Of a stretch of 64,000 nt of DNA, positions 50,394 through 62,318 are shown one piece after another; positions within the stretch are counted from its first letter, which is position 1; each line of letters opens with the position of its first letter. The stretch lies in assembly GCA_036867785.1 (NCBI GenBank), contig CP145410.1:1054001-1118000 (forward strand), read 5' to 3'. A model generated the notes under the pieces. The model was not told where the DNA came from. It made no database searches and worked only from the letters and a program-made list of their open reading frames with translations. A program made the translations under genes and the position numbers. This DNA is from Plasmodiophora brassicae (taxonomy: Eukaryota).

Positions 50394-52225
50394 TCATGAG
50401 GTCATGAGTCTGGTTGCCGCCTGGACAATGTCGGACACCTGCTCTGGCACATCATCGTCGTCGTCGTCGTCGACGTTGACGACGACAACGTTGTCGGCAA
50501 AGCGAGCCAGTTTTCCGGTCAGCGGAACACTGCAGGCGACCAGCCAGGGGCGAGCAATAGTCTTCATGAAATTCAGAAGCGTCGGTACCGTAACGGCCAA
50601 AGGCCCGACCATGAGCAGAGGGCGGTCCACCCGTTCGGCCGCTCGCTTCTTGATTGATTTCACGGAAACGTCGTCAGTGCAAACCATGGGCGATGTGTCT
50701 GCCATCGCAGCGCGTACGCCCTCGACGAGCCCGGGTGATGCATCGAACGCGAAAATGATAACCATCTGCGGCGCTGCATTGCCGTTGTCGATCGGTTGGA
50801 ACGAACGATCGGCCTCACACTGGCTAATCAGGACCGCGTATCGATTGCGGATCGAATGCTTCTCCGAATACGGATGGTGTTTGTCGATCCATGATGCCAG
50901 ACGAGCGCCGTACTGCTTCCAGTGGGCAACCTCCGCCGACGTCAGTTTGAGCCACCTGCCGATCTGGTCCATGCGCTTGGGAATCCCGTCAGCCCGACCG
51001 CCAACAATCTTCTCGCGAATCGCCCGTTGGCAAATGTACCAGACAGACTTGACCTTCCAGAGACCAACCGTCCGCCCCCGTTTGTCGACGCAGTAGATCA
51101 CAGACCCTTCCGAGTTGGCACGTGTCCTCGCGGACGCCATAGCACGGTTCAGGTCGTTGGTATCGAACACGCTGTGGCGAACAACACTGAATCCAAGCTC
51201 GCGAGCCTTCTCCAGTCCATCGGCAGGAGGAAACGCGGGGCAGAGCAGGCCGTTCTGGACAGGATCCAAGTTCGCTGCCGTCCAGGCAAAGAACAGCAAC
51301 TTAACAGGGCCGTCTGGGTACAGGACAATGTGCTGCGACGACGGGTCCACCAGTTCAAAATTCGCAGTCATTTTCTGTACACGCGCACGACCATCAGCTA
51401 GCAAATGGCCAGCAATGTTCGAACGCCGACTTGCCTGGTCAGCCATGAACCTCAGTAACTCGTCGCGGGCATCCGCCTTCATACCGTACAGCAGCGAGAA
51501 CACGACCCGTGCTATACGAAGCGCATACGAGTACGACGGATCACCGTCATACGCGTCGAGGTCGGCATCGGACCGCGCTACCAGGTGGACGTTCTTGCTG
51601 CCAGCGACCACGAGGAACTCGTTGTCGTTGAACCGAGTGACGGCCAGATGCCCAGCCTCCCCGTTCTCCTTCTCAGTGGCAACTAGGTTATCAGGCAGAC
51701 CTCAGCCCGATCAGGCGATGAACGCGCGCCATCGCTCAGTTACCGAACGTCGCGACGGTGTTGAGGGCTTCGGCCCCGCCAACGAAGAACTTTGACCAGT
51801 CGGCATGCGTGTCTGATGATTTCGCCTGGATGTCGGCGATGTCGTCGTCATCGCAATCATCGTGCCCCGTGAACTTGCGAATCCCTTGCAGGGCGAACCG
51901 GACCTCGGCGGGGCGCCCATCCGCATACTGCACGCGAAGCAGCGCGTTCCCTCGGGCGACGCGCGCCCACAGGACCGGCGACTGCCCGTACAGCTTGTCA
52001 TCGGGGCCGCGACTGCGCAGCCCGACGTCGAACAGCTGCAGCGACTGCACGCCGCGTGGCAGGCGCCGCAGTCGAACCTGTAACACGCGGGCGCGGCCCC
52101 CGTCAGCCGACGCGCTCCCCCCGCAGTCACGCGCTGCAGCTCACCTCGCGACTGACGACCCGGACGTTCGCCTGGCTCGATGCCCATTCCAAATAGTCCG
52201 CTGCAGTCAGCATCGCGACGCTCAT
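50394..52225 (-). CDS. Stand-alone ATP-dependent RNA ligase-like nucleotidyltransferase (Trl1/Rnl1-like)
   Basis: Spliced protein has ARG, GIRKFTG, motif I TEKENGE, SKN, motif III TANFEL, motif IV EGSVIY and motif V WKVK in canonical order. Confidence 0.75.
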
Positions 52226-52314
52226 CGTGGCGCAGTGCGCGAGATCGATCCCTGACCCGGGGCAAACCTAGCAGCGGTAGGCGGCGGCCAGTCATGGAGA
52301 GTCAGTGCTTGCCT

Positions 52315-55300
52315 TCATGAAGGCAAGCCCCGTATGCTAGTGGTATTATTAAATTCTGAGCTGTGCCTCGAGATGTTCCTGGCGCGGCGCCGCCGATGGA
52401 CGGGATCCCCGACGGTCATGACGTCCAGCGTCCAGGTGACCGAATCGTCGATGAAGAACTCCTGGTGGGAGCACGCGTTGACGCCACACTGGTTGATGAG
52501 CAGGCGCGCTTGATGGACAATGCCTTTCTTGTCCTCGTCGCACCCGGCGTGCTTCGCTAGCTGGATAAGTGACAGGGCACCGAAGAACTTCAGCTGCGTC
52601 ACCGAGCACGTGTTCGACGCTTGCAACGCTGCTGCGGTCGCTTCGGATGCGTTTCCTTGCAGAAACAGCAGCCGAGCCTTCAGGATCAGCATCAGGGGCA
52701 ACGCGTAAGGGAAGCAGGCCGCGAACGCCGCCATCAGCTGGACGCCGTACGAGGCATGGGCGACGAGGTGCCCGAAGGTTTCACTGTTGCCGTCAACGGC
52801 AACAGATTCGGCGGCAGACAGGGCCAGCATGCCAAAGTACCACCTCGACGGCCAATCGTACCAAATGATCGGACGTCGTTTCTGCTGTACCTCGGTGAAC
52901 GTGTTCAGGAACGTGACGATCGATGCGGGCGCCGAGTCGCCAAGCAGGAAGGCGACGTATTCGCGGAACACGACGACGCTGAGGTCGTTGGAGTGGCCCA
53001 TCTTGCCCACGTTCATGCCAATGGCCGAGTCCAGCAACTCCAGGATCGAGTAGGACGCCCCGCCCGTTGACATCATCGTTTGTGCCTTCAGGAACGTAAT
53101 GGACCTCAACAGGAAGTGGTCGTCAGCGGCGGGCATGGAATCCTCCAGCAACGCCAGCTCTTCCAGGCACGTTTCGAATCGGCCCCGCAGGTGATGGATG
53201 ACGGCAATGCTGAACTTTGAATCGCGCGTCCTGGCGCCGCCGTCGAGCGTCCTGTACATGTCCACCGTCTGCGAGAACATCTCGATCGCATGCAGCCACT
53301 GACCCTGGGAGGCCTCAAACATGGCCAACATGGTCAGCGCCCCCAACTGGTACGCTGATGGTTCCGTCCGGGATGGCCTCAACAGTTCCTCAGCCTAGTG
53401 ACGCGCCCGTCAGCAGTCGACGACATGGTCGACGACGCCAATGAAAGACCTTTGCGCGGAAGGCCTCTCCCAGGTCACCTGACTCGAACACGTATCGTGA
53501 AGCATAGGCGCAGGACGCGTAGCAGTAGGCCAACAATGTTCGATCGTCAAGGCGTGTCTTGCAGAGGTTGGCCGCCGACGTTACACACAGGTTGTTCAGG
53601 TCCACGTGCTCGGCCATCATCGCCGACCGCTGCATGTCGAGGAGAATCTGGACAGAACGGCGAGTTCGGTATTCTCGTCGACAACGGACAATACGTCGCA
53701 ATGTACCTCGACGGCTCTTCTTGTCGGTTCCTGGCCAGACTGCTCGACCGTGACGAGTTTCGCAGCCAGTTTGGGGATCGGCTTATGGGAGCCGACACCC
53801 AGGCTATTGAAGCTCTCGACAATCTTGGTAGGTATCCCGGGATCGGCGAATTCCAACGTCCTGTGCATCCGGGGCAACCGGACCTTCAGGAGTTCCAGGC
53901 ACCGGATCGCACTCTTTAGCGCCACGTCGAATTCGCCGATCGTCGCATTCAGCTGGTAGATCTTGAAACGGGTGTCGAGGGCGTCCTTCGGCCGTGGCTC
54001 ATTGAGCCTCTTCTCGAGGATGATCATGCGTGCGCCTAGGTGCGTCAGCGCCTCAGCCCATGCGTGCCTCTCCAGGCATTCCTCGATGGTGGCCTCCAGG
54101 AACTCTAGCGCGTTCTGCCACATGGAGGCGCAGAACGCATGGTAGGCGAGCGACGCTGGAAGCCACCTGGTCAACGATACATGCTGTGCATGCGAACCGT
54201 TCTGGCCTACCGGGCTGGTACTGCGAGTGCTTGTTCGTCTCGCGATCCTTGAGCATGTACTTGAAGGCGGCGGCGTGTATCTCGATCTGCTGTTCCTGCA
54301 ACAGGGTACCGTAGGCCACGTCGCGAAACAGCTCGGACGTGAAGCTGATGACGGCGTCCAGAGGGATGTCTGGCGCTGACGATTGCGGTTCCGAATCGTC
54401 GGACATGGACGCGGCGGCGCTGGAGCGGCTGACAATAGAGATGTACCCTTCTTTGACTAGATCGCGTAGGTGCTGCTGGATCGCCTGAAGATAGTTGACG
54501 CGCGGGTGCACCGCCGACAGCAACGACAGGTTGAACTCTTTGCCAAGCACGCTCATCACCTGGCACACATCGTCAGGGCGATTCGCTCGACGTGCCCCAC
54601 ATCGTACTTGCCTGCATTGTCAACTGCAAGTTGGCAGAAAGACGATCGATCCGGCTGGCAATGATGGCACGCACGTTCTGAGATATCGCTGACGCGTCGA
54701 TGTTGTCCATTGCTCCAACACAGACGCCGTTCTGAGTTGGCAGGCGTCGTCAGTTAATGCCTCACCAGCAACCGGCAGATGCCCCGTACCTCAATGGTGA
54801 TCGCATTCGTTTGAAGCAGAGTCTGCGCCAAATCAATGGCGAACAGCGGATTGCACTGCGTGTGCTTCTCGAACAGCACTTCGACTGGGCGCGGAAGCGA
54901 CTTAACGCCCAGCTTCATGCATGCTAGCGTCACGATATCTGCCGCAGCGAACGGCAGTAGCGGCGTTGGTCGAATACCTGGCACATTATTGAGTGGCACG
55001 TGGATTCGCTCGTCACGAACCCACCGATCTGGGTCAGCTGGCTGACAAAGTGCGCTTTGCTTTCTGAGCTGAATGGTCGGTACGTGACGATACAGCAGCA
55101 CTGCTGCATCGGTTTCAGAATGCCGAGGACGACCTCGAACGAAGGCCCGTCGAAACAGTGCAAGTCTTCCAGCACGAACAGGCACTTTGACCGGGTTAAC
55201 ACGGCCGTCGCCATCGCGAGGACACACCGGTGCGTGATGGACCTGCGTTCTTCTCCAGACACCACTGATGGGATCCCTCCCGCTTCTGTAGAGACAGCAC

Positions 55301-57858
55301 CGTCATGAATCATTCCTGAAACCCGAGGCATTTTCCCTGTCTGATGGCGCACCTGTAAACTTCAGTCCAAAGAGTTCAGCGACCACGAAAGCCATTTCTT
55401 TGAGGTCGGCGGGCAGCATGCTGACGATCAGGGATAGCCTCTCCTCAGTACGTCGAACTTCATCGAACATCAATGCCTGGAACAGCATGGTCGTCCAGGG
55501 GGACCAAGGGGTCTGTTTGACGGGTAAACGGGTGACAGATGTAGGACAAAGTCGTGTCTCTGACCGAAGCGCTGGAAATGCTTCCAGTACAGTAGTGGAC
55601 GTTGACACCTTTCGTTGCGGCCAGCGTGGTCGCAAAGCGAACCAGGGTGGTCTGCCCGTGACGTCAGGGTACGCGATTGGGATGAACGGCCACGTAGTAA
55701 CGATACCTTGCCGGACCCTTTCTCTCCTTCGAACACGAGGATCCTCGTCTGCGTTTCGTCATCGTTGACCACCGCCTGGATTGCAGCAGTAATCTTCGAT
55801 CTGCTCAGCGTATTATATACCGGGACGAACGAGGAACCACGTCACCCGCGCTGACCTTTCGGGCAGTCGATTGACGATTGAACCTTCCGACATAGTGGCT
55901 CGGCTGCCATGTGCGCCCTCTCCAGAGTCACAGACGTTGACGCCGAATCTCTGCCACGTGAGGTCATGCCACTGACGGGCCACCTGGTGCCATCGCATCC
56001 CCTTACTTTGATGTAGATAGCGATGTTCGGGTCACTCGACAGGCCCAGCGGACGATAGACAGTGATAGGGTGGCTGAGGCCCTTGACGGTGACGTCGCCG
56101 CAGTTCTCAAAGACGACGGCTTGTCGCTTGGCCACAGTGAACAGTTCTGCACTGCATAATATGCCCTGGGAGAGCGCCTTTAAGCAACAGCGACGGCCGC
56201 GCCTGTGGGCAGTACACGATGTACCTTCTCCAGCTGCGATGCCTGCTGCATGAGGCGGGCGGCGAGGTTGACATGGAACCCAACAGCTGTGTACTCGCAG
56301 CGAGCGGAGCTTCCCGCTTCGCCGCAGAAGACGGTCCCCACCGACAGCCCAATGACCGCTTGCGTATTGCAACGCGCCGGCAGCAGCCTTATAATCTCCA
56401 GACCCGCCAGAATACATCGCGACGCGTCGTCTTCGTGCATCAGACCTGGGACGACGGGTCAGCACGGAAAGCAAGACCGGGCAGTGTATCCATGGACCTG
56501 GCATCCCAAAGACAATCTTGAAGCGCGTGCCCTTGTCGTCAGCCAGCAACCGTAGAACGGTCCCTTCGAAGTTCTTGATGACTCCTTGCACGACCCTGAC
56601 CGATTCATTCAGCGTGTCGAGGACATCCGGTTTGTCGTAGTCGACGCCCAGGATCTTGGCGAACATGACGTACGCCCGCCTGTATTCAGCCACTCGTATT
56701 CCCGTCTGCTCGTTGTGCTCGATGCGAGCCCGCACGATCCTCGGGATGAACCTGTGCCGAACCCTGTCAGTGCGATGTGTTTGTGGCGACGGGCGATGCA
56801 GGCTGACAGCTCCAGGAATGGTTCCGATGCGGCCGGGACATTGCAGATCTGTGTGCGGTTCATCGGCACCTCCTCAGTCAAGTTCTCCAGGATACGCGAC
56901 TGTTCGTTGATATCCGCTTTGTGGAGGAGACCGGACGCCAGCAACAGGCTCGAGTTGTCGCTCTTCAGGACTGCCCAGTTCTTGATGAGAGAGTACGCCG
57001 TCTCGGACAAGGCAATCTCCCCTGGACAAGCGCCCACCGTTACGACCAGCAAACGCAACAGCAAGCTAGAGAGCGTTAACGCACCGGTTTGTGCACCTTC
57101 AAGAGCGTCGCCCATCTCCTGGATCGGAGTGCCAGCAATGAAGAACTCCCAGGCGTTGTCGATGCCGCCGACGATGAGCTCGGAGATCTCGCCCGCCCCG
57201 ATGCCGATGTGCAGGTTCAGCGTGTATCCTTTGGCGGGCGAGAAGTTGTTCAGCGACTTCATGATGGCCAGCGCACATGACGCCGCCCGCAGCACGAGCG
57301 TGTGCACCGGGACCGACGTCGTTCCCAGCAGCTTGATGTTCTTCTCCGTGATGCCCTTCGTCTTCTTCCTCGGGCTTCGCCACATCACCAGCATGGCGTC
57401 GCCGGCGAACTTGATGATGTCGCCGCCGTGCGCGTACACGACCGACACGAGCTTCTCGAAGTAGTCGGAGATGTACTTGGTCAGCTTCTCCGACGCCGAG
57501 TCGCCATGGATCAGGATCAGTTTCTCGGACAGTTTCGTGAACCCCGAGATGTCCACGAAGCAGACGGCGGCCGGGACGCGCTTGTTCGATGCGGTCGGCT
57601 CATACGGTTCATCGGTGTCGAACTGACCACGCCTGTCACATGGATATATCGCGCAGGTGACATGCACATTTCCGACCTTCTCCAGTAGGGTCGCAGGGAG
57701 GTATTTACCTAGACGGAGAGGGGGGGCTCAGGTCAGGATTAGCGCGCCACACGATGGACGTATTGCAGACCGTAGACGAAGTGCCACCAGGACCGGCTCT
57801 GCTGGACGCTCAAGCCTCGTGCGACCGTCAAGATGGGTTTCCTTTCGCCGTCCGACAT
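52315..57858 (-). CDS. Soluble adenylyl cyclase (ADCY10-like): two class III cyclase domains, STAND NTPase and TPR-like region
   Basis: FVDISGFTKLSE, IIKFAGDA, DDKG, HEDD, EYT...VNLAARLM, P-loop GEKGSGK, VLEDLH and CNPLF. Confidence 0.9.
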
Positions 57859-58252
57859 CTATCAGCGCCTCGGCGACGGCCGCATCAACCCACCGGTGGT
57901 GGAGGACCCGTCACTCAGCAAGGTCCAGTGGGTTCCGCTCTCCCACTGACACTACCCTCATGTTCGGTCACATTCATCGTCCATTGTGGTTCAACGAGAC
58001 AGGGACGTCAACCTGGGCACGTGAACAGGATCATAGACGACGCGAGATGGTCCGTGTGGCCAACGGGTCGGTTGTATCGGGGCACTCAGCACACGCCTGC
58101 GAACAGGGCGACAGCCCCGATACCTGCGCTTCCCATCAGCGTTGTCGGTTGACACGTCAGCCAGGCACGGATGCCAACCGGCGACTCGCCTGAAAGGTGC
58201 TCATCAGGCGAACAGACCCGAGGAGGACCTTTGTATTGAAGACGAACAATGA

Positions 58253-59950
58253 TCAGACTTCGTTGGGCACCGCGGCATCCTCGGTGCTCTCGCCGCGTTT
58301 GGGACTGGCCCGGACACGTTTCGGGAAGGTGCTCGAGGCAACGAGCGCCCAAAGGGACATCAAGGCAAATGATGCAACGCAGAAGGTCGAGAATCCCCAC
58401 TGGTTGACGATGACCTGCGAGAGAATTGGACCGACGGTATCACCGGCGCCCAGCATGCCCACGAACACGGCGGCAGCGTATCCCATGCGCTTCTCATCAG
58501 CCGCCGTATTGTCGTTGATGACGCCGAACGCGTCGTTCAGGTACGGGTGCTGGACGACGACCCAGGGCGCCTGGAATGTGCTCAGGACGCAAACGGACAG
58601 GATCACCATGGCCAGACGGAACGGGCTGTTGAAGGAAGAATGCACCCAGTCAGGGATCGGCGACAGCAGCAGCGGACGAAGAGCGAATGCAATAATGCCA
58701 ATAACGCTGGCTGCACGCGCGCCAATACTTCGGTTGACTTTCATGGACAGGAACGCGCCGATCATGAACATGACGGCGTTCCCAGTAATGATAAGTCCCT
58801 GGAATGTGGAGGACAGGCCAAGGGTCTGCGCCAGGAATGGGGGCAATGTGGGAAACATGCCAGTGAGGACAAACTCGTAAAGGAAAACGTTCAACGCGAA
58901 CAGGACACGCTGGAACAGCACAGTATGTGGGACTGGACATGAGCTTGGGACGGGAGCGTCTTCAACGCGCCTATTGATCTCATTCTGCAGTTGTTTGATC
59001 GGGATCATGGACAGTAGCCAGACGAGAGACGTAATCCCACCGAGGACTGCGAACGGCAGGATGAACCCGCCATGGTCATACATAAGGCCGCTGAGACCCG
59101 GGCCCAACTACATTAAGCGTCAAGTTGTCATCGTCTAGAAACGTGTAACGGGCACCAACGTACAAGCATGCCGATGGCCAGAACACCTCGAAAGATCCCA
59201 CTGACGTCCACGCGTTCGTCTCCGGTGAACACCTGCGACATGACCGCCAGGGCGACGTTCGTGTTGACCTGCGCCACCACGCCTGCCAGACGCTATACGT
59301 GTAAGCCGCCTGTAATCGGCGGCCATTTGCCACAAGGTTCACGTACCGAGCATAATGTACACTACGAACAACGCGACTTTCGAGCGAAAGACGAAGCCTA
59401 CCAGGACGGCGAGAATGGCCTGGACGAGCAAGGACACCTGGATCGCGCGGCGCCGGGCCTTCAGTGTCGTCAGGTAATTACCCGACAGCGTTGAACTATT
59501 CACAGCGCGTCCGTGTCAATTCGTCATTGCATGCGGACGTGTACCGTACGCGATGATGCCGGCGAAGGGGTACGCGGACATCAGTATGGCGACCTGCAGC
59601 GACGTGTACCCGTACTCGGTCAGATGAATGGGGAAGATCGGGACGACGAAGGCGCGGTACAACCCTTCGACACCAGCCAGAGCAGCCAGCAGGCCGATAA
59701 CGGGATTGAATTTCTTACGAGGTTTCGCCGATTTTTCGACAGCGATCGTCTCTTCGTCGAGGTCGCTTTCAACTAACTGCCACGTTGGCGACGTATGCCG
59801 GGGGTCAAGATGTATCGGGACCGCTTCCGCGCCGCTGGGGGTAGCCACCTCCCGGTACGTCGTTTCGGAATCATCCCCATCCGCGGCAATGACGGCCACC
59901 GATAGTAGCACGATAAGGCCAAATGAGAAGGTCTGTCCACCGAGCGCCAT
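58253..59950 (-). CDS. MFS transporter (SLC18B1-like) with a signal-peptide-like N-terminus
   Basis: FVVPIFP, GPGLSGLMYDHGGFILPF, GDTVGPILS and many TM helices. Confidence 0.8.
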
Positions 59951-60058
59951 GGCTGGAACAACGGTACAGATCTGACGCCGAGGGTTCACGCGGAGTTTGC
60001 CACCTCCTCAGGCGTTCTGACCCATAACCCAGGGTACACCTATTTCTGGTTCCTTCCC

Positions 60059-60066
60059 TATTTATA
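60059..60066 (-). promoter_or_regulatory. TATA box of the MFS gene
   Basis: TATAAATA on the minus strand in a GC-rich context ~110 bp upstream of the ATG at 59950. Confidence 0.6.
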
Positions 60067-60214
60067 GCGGGAAAAACGGGGCCCCCGCGCTGACGTCTCG
60101 CCGACATTCGCGGTCTATCGTGGCGAAGCCGCTTGCAATCCGATATAACGTAATCATGCAACATAATCATCTGATGTTTTGGTCACATACTGGTACCCGA
60201 GATTCCGGAGTGAC

Positions 60215-60464
60215 TCAGCGAACTGAGGCGGTCGGTAGCGACATTGTTCGCGCGCAGGGCCATTCCCAGACGAAGACGTTGCAGAGGAACAGGTCCACCA
60301 GCTGAGCCGCCGTCGTGGAATTGTTGCTTGGAATAAAGTGCGCCATCTTCGAGTAACGGTCGACAACCACCAGTATCGAGTCGAACTCGCTGGATCTTGG
60401 CAGCTTGACGATGAAGTCCATCACGATGGACGACCACAGCGCTGTTGGAAGCGGAAGCGGAGTA
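60215..60464 (-). mobile_element. Ty3/gypsy integrase fragment
   Basis: PLPLPTALWSSIVMDFIVKLP...ILVVVDRYSKMAHFIP. Confidence 0.88.
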
Positions 60465-60810
60465 TGGTGGTGCAAGCTCCGGTCGTATGCCAAGGACTAC
60501 GTTGCCTCCTGTGACATCTGCCGTTGTAAGTCGCCACGTCACAAACCTTCTGGCTTGCTTACTCCGCTTCCGCTTCCAACAACGCTGTGGTCGTCCATCT
60601 TGTTGGACTTCATGGTCAAGCTAGCTAGGTACCAAGATTCAGGGAATTCGACTCGATATTGCCGGTTGTCGACCGTTACTCGAAGATGGTGCACCTTATT
60701 CCTTGCAACGAGTCCACGACGGCGCCTCAGCTGGCGGACCAATTCCTCTGCAACGTCTTCCCTGTGCATGGTCTGCCGACGGACATCGTGTCCAACAGGG
60801 GACCCTCCGG
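60465..60810 (+). mobile_element. Ty3/gypsy integrase fragment (zinc-binding end plus core), frameshifted
   Basis: WW.KL...DYVASCDIC...KPSGLLTPLP...WSSILLDF, then a frame change to VDRYSKMVHLIP...HGLPTDIVSNRGP. Confidence 0.88.
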
Positions 60811-61738
60811 CTCGGCATCCAGCGGAACCTATCTGTCTTATGCGCGTCAGAGGGGGGTCAACGAGATTCTCGAACAACCAACGTCAACTTCCAGCAGTTA
60901 TTTGGCTGGGGCAGTGTTACGTTGTGGTATCCCGCCACCGTAATTCGTCTGACAGCGCCTTCATCGCGCAAGCTGAAGTCTCGCTTGTGGTGTCAGCAGC
61001 CAATCGTTTCGCTGGCCAAACGTCCGTGCGGATAAACCACGAAGGTTGGGACAGGAACAGGGAGCGGACATGGCAACTCGTTGACGGCTTTGAACCGCCA
61101 CTGTAGGATGGACGCCCTGCGTGATATTCGCCAGTCCGCGAACTACGAGCCACCATATAGGTGCCCTAATAGGTAGCTTGGCGCTGATGAATAACGGTCC
61201 TGAGCAAATTGTGTGTCGTAATAAGCGTGGCCTGCGTGTACGTACAAACAGTCATGCTGGACGCAATGCCGGGCAACCATCAACGACTAGAGAATCGTTG
61301 ACGACCAGGTCAGCCGAGCACACCCGGAAAGTGCCGTACGTACGGGTGCGTCGTTGGGCTCGTAGAGCCCGCAGCTGCCAACGCTCTGCGGCATGCACGA
61401 ACGCGATTTCGACTACGTCTGCAGTATCTGGGCAATGGCGGGCGATATCTCCGTCACCGGGTGGGATGGTATGTTCTTGCCGTGCAGCGGACCCGTTCTA
61501 ACCCAGTCATCGGTCGTGCTGTGGTGGGCGTTTGTTGCTGACTTGCTCGGCTGTTAGGGGAAACGCTGGCTGAGGCGCTGGCGTGGTGCGATCTGGTTGA
61601 CACGCCGGGCAGTCTGGATAACGCCCAGGTTGGCCGCTGCAATGCAATTGGGTTACTAACGCGAGGGCAGACAGCACGAACGTAAGCCTGCTCCTGCATA
61701 AGAATAACGCCGCCGTACTAACTTCATCTGGCAGGGCC

Positions 61739-62318
61739 TTGCTGCGTCGGTTGCTTGACAATTACTTTACGCCTGCCGATCTGATGGCCTCCATGATATC
61801 GTCGTATCCAGATCCAGCGGCCTTCTGCGATGAATTTGCTGAGGTCGCTGTTGCTGAAGCTAGTGCTGAGAAGCGACTACGCGAGCTCAATTGCCACGAT
61901 AGCCAGACACTGCAAGAACGTGCCATTGCAAGATTGTTATCGGAAGCGTTGCAGCATTGCACAAGTAAGGCACGGTACGTTCGAGCATGGCCTTAGGCCC
62001 AAGCGGGCGTCCCATTCTGATAGGTACTCCAGGCGTCGCGAGCTTATTGTTCGCTGTTCCGAGGATCGCATCACCATGCAGGCTTTGCTGTGGAACCTTA
62101 GTGATGGAGCTATCGCAATGCCTGAAATTGCAGACCTCGTGACATCGGCGACTCTGTTGGATAATGCGGAATTCCTCGCGAGATCGTGCTGGGAATCAAA
62201 TGAGTTCAGACGCCAGTGTGGGCGTCTGATATCTGAACGGCAAGATCTGCGCCAAGTACCGGTGTCAAATGCGCGCCTTATGGCTGATTGCATACAGGAT
62301 TGTCCCAGGAAAGCATGA
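61739..62318 (+). mobile_element. Possible degraded retrotransposon gag-like fragment
   Basis: Two overlapping broken ORFs (AEKRLRELN..., GLRP..., LVTSATLLD) near the integrase relics; resemblance is weak. Confidence 0.25.

Noticed and set aside
50394-52225. DNA ligase or mRNA capping enzyme
   Set aside because: KxNG plus SKN and a helical segment after motif V, with no visible OB fold, fit RNA ligases better
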